Part shown: positions 40,291 through 46,297 of the stretch, piece by piece
Position numbering within the stretch: the stretch's first letter is position 1
Layout of the letters: each line of letters starts with the position of its first letter
Assembly (NCBI GenBank): GCA_029259115.1
Contig: JAPDJO010000005.1
Span: forward strand, 1 to 46,297
DNA from: Thermoplasmatota archaeon
Lineage (GTDB): Archaea > Thermoplasmatota > E2 > DHVEG-1 > B18-G2
Direction of reading: 5' to 3'
DNA: 46,297 bases
Program-made: the position numbers and the translations under genes
Notes under the pieces: model-generated
Database searches by the model: none
Told to the model about the DNA's origin: nothing
Seen by the model: only the letters and a program-made list of their open reading frames with translations

Positions 40291-41441
40291 TGTTCAGGAA
40301 AACATTTGAGGGAAATGAAGTTGTTTTCGTCATAAGAGATGTGATAGAGGTAAGAATACCTAGAAAGGTATATGAGAAGTATAGCAGGAGATACTCCGAT
40401 GAGGAGATAATAACATACTGTGAGCATAAGAACATCTACAATCACATAACAAAAAGGAGAATGTATTACATAACAAAAGAGAGCGGCATCCCACTCATAG
40501 GACATACAGCTTTTGGGCTGATTGATAGAGGCACAAACCTTATACAGGTTAGACCCTGCTCAGGTTGCAATCTTAATTGCATATTTTGTTCAGTGGATGA
40601 GGGGATAAGCAAAACAAGAGTTACAGACTATATGATTGACCCAGATTATATCTTGGAAGAGTTTGAGAAGTTAGCGGAATTCAAGAGAAGGCATTGTAAA
40701 GGTGTGAAGATAGAGGCACATATAGATGGACAGGGAGAACCGTTTATTTATCCATATATGGTTGATCTGATAAAAAGACTGAAAGATATCGCGGATATCG
40801 TATCTGTACAAACTAATGGCACCTTACTCGATGAGAAGAAGATAAGCGAGCTAGAGGGATACCTCGATAGGATAAATCTTTCCATAAACTCCCTTGATGG
40901 GAAGAAAGCTAAACTTCTTGCTGGAAGGGCTGACTATGATATAGATCACGTAAAATCGATAGCCAAAGAGATAGCTGATAGCGAGATAGATCTTCTCATT
41001 GCTCCCGTTTGGGTTCCCAAGTACAATGATGGGGATATCATGGAGATATTAGAATTTGGCAAGAGGATTGGAGCAGGCAGGATATGGAAACCCTTTGGAG
41101 TACAGAAGTACATAAAGTACAGGTTTGGCAGACATCCAAAAGGGGCAAAGATAATCTCATTCAGAGATTTTTACTCTAGATTGAGAGAGATAGACAGAAA
41201 TCTCATTCTATCCCCTCGAGACTTTGGCATAGTGAAATGCAGATCCTTACCAAAAAGATTCAAGATTGGAGAGAGGGTGAAACTCAGGTTAGAGATGCAT
41301 GGTAGAATAAAAGGAGAGATGATAGGTATTGCCAGGGATAGAGTAATTCAGGTAACAGCTACCAATAAAAAGATCGGAGAGGTTGTGAACGTTAGAATAA
41401 CCAGAAACCAACACAACATATATGTAGCCACACCTGTTTGA
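40287..41441 (+). CDS. Uncharacterised archaeal radical SAM protein with C-terminal TRAM-like domain
   Basis: GCNLNCIFCSVD (CxxxCxxC), FGLIDRGTN, DGQGEP, QTNG; beta-rich basic C-terminus. Confidence 0.88.
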   Translation: MMFRKTFEGNEVVFVIRDVIEVRIPRKVYEKYSRRYSDEEIITYCEHKNIYNHITKRRMYYITKESGIPLIGHTAFGLIDRGTNLIQVRPCSGCNLNCIFCSVDEGISKTRVTDYMIDPDYILEEFEKLAEFKRRHCKGVKIEAHIDGQGEPFIYPYMVDLIKRLKDIADIVSVQTNGTLLDEKKISELEGYLDRINLSINSLDGKKAKLLAGRADYDIDHVKSIAKEIADSEIDLLIAPVWVPKYNDGDIMEILEFGKRIGAGRIWKPFGVQKYIKYRFGRHPKGAKIISFRDFYSRLREIDRNLILSPRDFGIVKCRSLPKRFKIGERVKLRLEMHGRIKGEMIGIARDRVIQVTATNKKIGEVVNVRITRNQHNIYVATPV

Positions 41442-41451
41442 TTCTTGTTAC

Positions 41452-42360
41452 ATGATAAGATGCGATAAATGCAACAAAGAAGCCGTAACTTTCATAAGAT
41501 ACAATGGTACCCATCTATGCAAAGGACATTTTATAGAGTATGTTGAAAAAAGGGTAAAGAGAGAGATAAGGAAGCAGAAAGGAAAGAGGAGATTAAAGAC
41601 CATAGCTGTAGCTTTATCAGGAGGAAAGGACAGCTCTGTAGCTTTATATCTAGTCCATAAGATATTCTCTAAAACCGCGGAGATCCATGCTATAACGATA
41701 GATGAGGGAATTAAGGGTTATAGGGAAAATACCGTGAAAATAGCAAAATCCCTATGTAAAAACCTCGGAATAGAACATCATATACTGAGTTTTGAAAACG
41801 ATATAGGTATTACTATGGATGAGATTGCAAAGAGACAAAGCCAGATAGGGACATGCACATACTGCGGAATATTTAGAAGAAACCTACTGAACAGAAAGGC
41901 AAGAGAGTTGAACGCAGATGCTCTGATTCTCGGTCACAATCTAGATGATTTTTCTCAGTCTGTTCTGATGAATTTTGTTAATGCAGATCTGGAGAAGCTC
42001 GCGCGGATGGCGCCACACTACAGGATACAAAAGAATCTGATTCCCAGAATTCTGCCCTTGAGATTGATTCCTGAAAAAGAGACGATGCTCTATGCTATGT
42101 TGATAGGATTGGAGATAAGCCTAGACGAATGCCCGTATGCATTTTCGAATAGGTTGATTTTTAGAGAGATAATAAACGAGCTTGAAGATAGAAATCCAGG
42201 GACAAGATATAAGATAGTACAGAGCTATGATGTGATAAGACCATACCTTTACGAGAAGTTTCCAGCCCTGGAATTGAAAAGATGCAAGATATGTGGAGAG
42301 CCAGCAAGTAGAGAGATATGTAAAGCCTGCGAACTAAGAAAACAACTTGGATTGATCTAG
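41452..42360 (+). CDS. ttuA: tRNA 2-thiolation protein TtuA/NcsA (TIGR00269-like)
   Basis: N- and C-terminal Zn fingers, SGGKDS PP-loop, CTYCGIFRR, GHNLDD, CPY. Confidence 0.9.
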   Translation: MIRCDKCNKEAVTFIRYNGTHLCKGHFIEYVEKRVKREIRKQKGKRRLKTIAVALSGGKDSSVALYLVHKIFSKTAEIHAITIDEGIKGYRENTVKIAKSLCKNLGIEHHILSFENDIGITMDEIAKRQSQIGTCTYCGIFRRNLLNRKARELNADALILGHNLDDFSQSVLMNFVNADLEKLARMAPHYRIQKNLIPRILPLRLIPEKETMLYAMLIGLEISLDECPYAFSNRLIFREIINELEDRNPGTRYKIVQSYDVIRPYLYEKFPALELKRCKICGEPASREICKACELRKQLGLI

Positions 42361-42933
42361 ATGTTCTCTGATAATTACAAAGGTTGAGAACATGTAAAAA
42401 GCTAATGTATATCCAGCTAGAACATCGCTAAGCCAGTGAACATTTAGGTAGATCCTGCTGAACCCAACCAGCAAAGTAGTAATAGTAGCTATAACATATA
42501 TGATTCTTCTCCTGTAAAGATAGCACACCAGAATAGAAAATATGGCAATCATCGTTGCATGTCCACTGGGAAAACTATAACCAGAGATTGGTATCAGATT
42601 ATCAACGGGTCTAGGTCTATGAATCAAAACCTTGATCAACTCCTCTATTAAAAATGTGGAGAGCATCGACAGAGAGAAGAACAAACCATCTTTTACTCTT
42701 CTTCTATACGCTAGAAGAGCTACTACGATAATAGACATTGCTGTTATGCTGTAAAAACTGCCCAGGTTTGTTATACAAGAGAAGAAAAAGATTAGTTCGG
42801 GATTCTTTGCTGACAAAATCGAATCTTTAACAGAAAGATCCACAGCTGGAATAAGGATATCAAATTCTACCATAATCGAGACTACAAGGAAAAGAGAAAG
42901 AGATGCAACATTCAATATTCTAATCCTATCCAT
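42334..42933 (-). CDS. PAP2-family membrane phosphatase
   Basis: KVLIHRPRP, SFPSGH, SRIYLNVHWLSD; likely start MDRIR at 42933. Confidence 0.92.
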   Translation of the reverse strand: MDRIRILNVASLSLFLVVSIMVEFDILIPAVDLSVKDSILSAKNPELIFFFSCITNLGSFYSITAMSIIVVALLAYRRRVKDGLFFSLSMLSTFLIEELIKVLIHRPRPVDNLIPISGYSFPSGHATMIAIFSILVCYLYRRRIIYVIATITTLLVGFSRIYLNVHWLSDVLAGYTLAFYMFSTFVIIREHLDQSKLFS

Positions 42934-42986
42934 CTTTTCAGAGAGGGCATAAATCTTTTTATTTGTTAAAACCCTTTCATCAGCGA

Positions 42987-43646
42987 ATGAACAAACTTTC
43001 TCTCCAGTGTAAACCTTTAGATAATCTCCTTGGTGGAGGTATAGAGGAAGGGATAATAACAGAGTTCTATGGCGAAGCGGGGAGCGGAAAAACAAACATA
43101 TGCCTACAAGCAGCGAGAGAGGTAGCAAAGCAGGGTAAAAAAGTTGCTTATATAGATAGCGAAGGTGTTTCTATAGAAAGGTTGAGACAGATAATCGGGG
43201 GAGATGAGGAGTATCAGAAGAGCATCATGGCAAATATACTGTTTTTCAATCCTCACTCTCTTGAAGAGCAGGAACGCATGGTTAACAATGCTTTAAAGAT
43301 AAGGGATGTGAAAATGGTGATAGTTGATACCATAAACATGCTTTACAGAATGAAGCTGGAAGAGGATGAGGAAGGAGCCACGAGATCGATAGTTAGGCAA
43401 CTCACAAACCTTCAGATATCTGCTAGGAAAGATGGATTGTATGTTATAGTAACAGGTCAGGTTTATTCTACGGAAGATGGAGATGTGAAACCGTTTGCTG
43501 GTAAAGGGATGGAACACATGGCTAAGACGATAATAAAGCTGGAGAGGGTTGATATGGGAAAGAGAAAAGCCACGATAATAAAACACAGATCCCAGCCTGA
43601 AGGGCTATATGCCATATTTACGATAACAGAGAGGGGTTTAGAGTAG
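42987..43646 (+). CDS. radB: DNA repair and recombination protein RadB
   Basis: LLGGG, YGEAGSGKT, YIDSEG, C-terminal KHR; lacks the RadA N-terminal domain. Confidence 0.95.
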   Translation: MNKLSLQCKPLDNLLGGGIEEGIITEFYGEAGSGKTNICLQAAREVAKQGKKVAYIDSEGVSIERLRQIIGGDEEYQKSIMANILFFNPHSLEEQERMVNNALKIRDVKMVIVDTINMLYRMKLEEDEEGATRSIVRQLTNLQISARKDGLYVIVTGQVYSTEDGDVKPFAGKGMEHMAKTIIKLERVDMGKRKATIIKHRSQPEGLYAIFTITERGLE

Positions 43647-43698
43647 TCTAAAAAGAACATGCGAAACCAATAAAAGCTAATCATCTATAACTTCTTTA

Positions 43699-44778
43699 AT
43701 GGCAGTAGAAGAAAAGATACCCTCCATCAAGGAACTCCTCTCCGGTTATGATAAAAGTAATCTTGTAATCGCTACTATATGTTCCCATTCAAGTTTGCAG
43801 ATTTTCAACGGCGCGAGAAAGGAAGGTTTCAAAACCCTCGGTATAGGAATTGAGGACAGGATAAAGTTCTATGATGCATTTCCTCTGGGCAAACCGGATG
43901 AGTTTTTCCTTGTTGATAATTACAAAGATATTCCAAAGTATGTTGAGGAGCTAAGGGAAAAGAACGTTATCATTATTCCTCATGGCTCATTTGTTGAGTA
44001 TCTTGGTGCTGAAAACTTCTTGAAACTTGAGCTACCAACTTTTGGAAACAGAAGGGTGTTGATGTGGGAATCTGATAGAGATCTTGAGAGAAAATGGCTC
44101 GAGGGTGCTGGTTTGGATATGCCAAAGCAAATAAAGGATCCGAAGGATATCGATAGGCCTGTTATAGTGAAATACCATGGTGCAAAGGGAGGGAAGGGAT
44201 TTTTCATAGCCAAGACTTATGAGGAGTTTGAGAAACTCGTGGATTGGAGCAAACCTTTCACGATACAGGAATTCGTTATGGGGACGAGGTATTATCTGCA
44301 TTACTTCTATTCTCCGATAATCAATGAAGGTTACAGATTGAAGAAGGGCTCACTTCAGTTGCTTTCTATGGATAGAAGAGATGAGACGACTATAGATGAA
44401 CTTCAGAGAATTGGCTCGATCTCGGAGCTGGAAGAGATAGGTATACATCCAACCTTCGTTGTCACTGGTAACATACCGATAGTTATGAGAGAATCTCTGT
44501 TACCAGAGGTGTTCAGGATGGGAGAAAAGGTGGTCGAGAAATCCATTGAGCTGTTTGGTGGGATTATAGGGCCGTTCTGTCTGGAGACCGTGATAACAGA
44601 AGATCTCAAATTCAAGGTTTTTGAGATTTCTGCCAGAATTGTTGCTGGAACGAATCCTTATATATCTGGTTCGCCTTATTCTGACCTGATACAGCCAGAT
44701 TTATCAACTGGCAGAAGGATAGCCCAGGAGATTAAATATGCTCAAAAGCATGATCTGCTTGAAGAAATCCTGAGTTGA
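43699..44778 (+). CDS. purP: Formate--phosphoribosylaminoimidazolecarboxamide ligase
   Basis: ATICSHSSL, PHGSF, GAKGGKG, RESLLP, SARIVAGTN. Confidence 0.93.
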   Translation: MAVEEKIPSIKELLSGYDKSNLVIATICSHSSLQIFNGARKEGFKTLGIGIEDRIKFYDAFPLGKPDEFFLVDNYKDIPKYVEELREKNVIIIPHGSFVEYLGAENFLKLELPTFGNRRVLMWESDRDLERKWLEGAGLDMPKQIKDPKDIDRPVIVKYHGAKGGKGFFIAKTYEEFEKLVDWSKPFTIQEFVMGTRYYLHYFYSPIINEGYRLKKGSLQLLSMDRRDETTIDELQRIGSISELEEIGIHPTFVVTGNIPIVMRESLLPEVFRMGEKVVEKSIELFGGIIGPFCLETVITEDLKFKVFEISARIVAGTNPYISGSPYSDLIQPDLSTGRRIAQEIKYAQKHDLLEEILS

Positions 44779-44782
44779 TCTC

Positions 44783-45466
44783 ATGATAACAATAGTTCTT
44801 GCAGAATCTGAACTTGAGCTCGTGCCGAGCAAGATATGGAGCCATCCGGTAGTGGTTGCATCTGCAAAGAGAAGAGAGAGGGAATCAAAGGATATTCTTC
44901 TGGATTCGAATTATCATCACACCGCTTTGAGATATCTTGAAGACGGCTACAGAAGAGGAAGACCCGATATTGTTCATATATTTCTGCTGGTAACTCTGGA
45001 ATCGATAGCAAATAAAAAAGGACTGGTTAAAACGATAGTGCACACAAGAAATGACGATGTCATCTATGTGAGGAGAGACACAAAGATAATGAGGAGCTAT
45101 AACAGGTTTGTTGGTCTGATGGAGCAGTTGTTCAAGGTTGAGAGGGTACCTGAAGATTCGGAGGATCCTCTTCTCTGGCTGGAAAAGGGAATATCTCTTG
45201 AGAAGCTGATAGAGAAGGAAAAACCTGATAGAGTAGTGACGTTTTCACCAGATGAGAAAAAAGTGAACCTGAAAGAGTATCTGGAGTCGATAGATGATCT
45301 GTGCAAAAAGAACGTGATGTTTCTGATAGGTGGTTTTCCAAAAGGTGATTTTAAGACGGATGTAAAGAAACTCTCTGATGATGTGATATCTATATATGAT
45401 GAACCATTAACCGCGTGGACGGTTGCAGGAGAACTTCTCTCTGTGTACAATCTACTCTGTGGTTAG
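44783..45466 (+). CDS. nep1: 16S rRNA pseudouridine N1-methyltransferase Nep1 (SPOUT)
   Basis: LAESELELVP, LLDSNYHH, RGRPDIVH, RFVGLMEQL, IGGFPKGDF. Confidence 0.93.
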   Translation: MITIVLAESELELVPSKIWSHPVVVASAKRRERESKDILLDSNYHHTALRYLEDGYRRGRPDIVHIFLLVTLESIANKKGLVKTIVHTRNDDVIYVRRDTKIMRSYNRFVGLMEQLFKVERVPEDSEDPLLWLEKGISLEKLIEKEKPDRVVTFSPDEKKVNLKEYLESIDDLCKKNVMFLIGGFPKGDFKTDVKKLSDDVISIYDEPLTAWTVAGELLSVYNLLCG

Positions 45467-46297
45467 GAAATCATCTTTCTTTTCATGGCGATGATTATCC
45501 CTATAGCTATCAAGAGGAGCAAGATCTCAAACCCCGGTTGTTTTCCGCCCTCTCCTTCCTCCTTCACTATTCCAAAAGCTTCCATATCATCTCCAAACTC
45601 ATCCCATAACCATTCGATTTCCTTGTCTTTATAACCGCTCACATCTATATCTTCTTCTGTTATGACAGCCTTCCTGTTCTCCTTTACCTCTTCGTAACTC
45701 ACTCCATTATCCACGCTTACCTTTCCATCCATCACGTATATCTCTGCCGTTTCATTCTCTACGCTCAGAACAAACTCACTGTGCGGAGTGATCTTGATTT
45801 TGCTTCCAGCTTTGTAAGTCGTACCGGAATTGCTCTTAACAATGATGGTACCTCTCACAACCTTTATTCCATCCTTTTCAATCTCTATCTCTGCCTTACC
45901 TATCCATTTGTACATCGCCAGGATCTCTTCCATCGGATTTCCATTCATATCAAATATGGCTATGTAAACTCCATCTCCCTGACCGAAATCCGCAACAATC
46001 TTCGTATCTTTATCAATGAATGCGCAGTATGCCATCCCATCTGCAACGCTCGCAGCTCCGTAGGATGGTTCTTCAATTGTATTGAATGATTTATTTACTT
46101 CGATTTCAACACTTGTGAACCAAGATGGCTCAACGGCAACGAGTAATGGATATCCAAATAAACCCTCCGCTTTACCTGGGTATTCTTTGATATGCGTAGG
46201 TACCAGATCGCAATTATACCCACCTCTCCACACTAGATCCATATAAGTTAGTGCATCGGTACATCTTGGTTCGACGGCAACGATGAAAGGAGCGATA
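45463..46297 (-). CDS. Cell-surface protein with PGF-CTERM sorting signal, 5' end outside window
   Basis: Frame stays open upstream of 46242 to the window edge (IAPFIVAVEPRCTDALTY-M); C-terminus QPGF + hydrophobic helix + KRK. Confidence 0.85.
   Translation of the reverse strand, partial: IAPFIVAVEPRCTDALTYMDLVWRGGYNCDLVPTHIKEYPGKAEGLFGYPLLVAVEPSWFTSVEIEVNKSFNTIEEPSYGAASVADGMAYCAFIDKDTKIVADFGQGDGVYIAIFDMNGNPMEEILAMYKWIGKAEIEIEKDGIKVVRGTIIVKSNSGTTYKAGSKIKITPHSEFVLSVENETAEIYVMDGKVSVDNGVSYEEVKENRKAVITEEDIDVSGYKDKEIEWLWDEFGDDMEAFGIVKEEGEGGKQPGFEILLLLIAIGIIIAMKRKMIS

Overview
An AT-rich, densely coded archaeal chromosome segment. Gene content points to Euryarchaeota/Thermoplasmata: a PGF-CTERM surface protein, secreted clostripain-like and C45 peptidases, oapABC, rpl41e and an intron-containing tRNA-Trp. 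A Thermoprofundales/MBG-D-like or other vent Thermoplasmata lineage is my inference, not a proven assignment. Most of the window is housekeeping: thrS, pheT, rps17e, rpl18e-rpl13-rps9-rpoN, rpl10e, rpl41e, rpoL-truD, aIF1A-RIO1-KH, psmB-aCPSF1, ribB-ribL-ribC-ribH, two purP paralogs, elp3, ttuA, nep1, radB and four tRNAs (Arg-CCU, Asn-GUU, Trp-CCA with a box C/D intron, Arg-UCU). I saw no CRISPR array, transposase or integrase. Unexplained signals: (1) a ~77-nt, ~65% GC structured element with its own TATA-like box upstream of thrS; (2) a TraB-family gene whose stop codon lies inside tRNA-Arg(CCU); (3) two small two-gene modules next to tRNA 3' ends (basic microprotein + enlarged PIN nuclease; DUF5678-like + retropepsin-like protease); (4) a clostripain homolog lacking the catalytic His; (5) an uncharacterised radical SAM-TRAM gene between pheT and ttuA; (6) a palindromic operator array between an AbrB-type regulator and an MMPL transporter with a large inserted domain. 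All family calls are by motif recognition; no searches were run.
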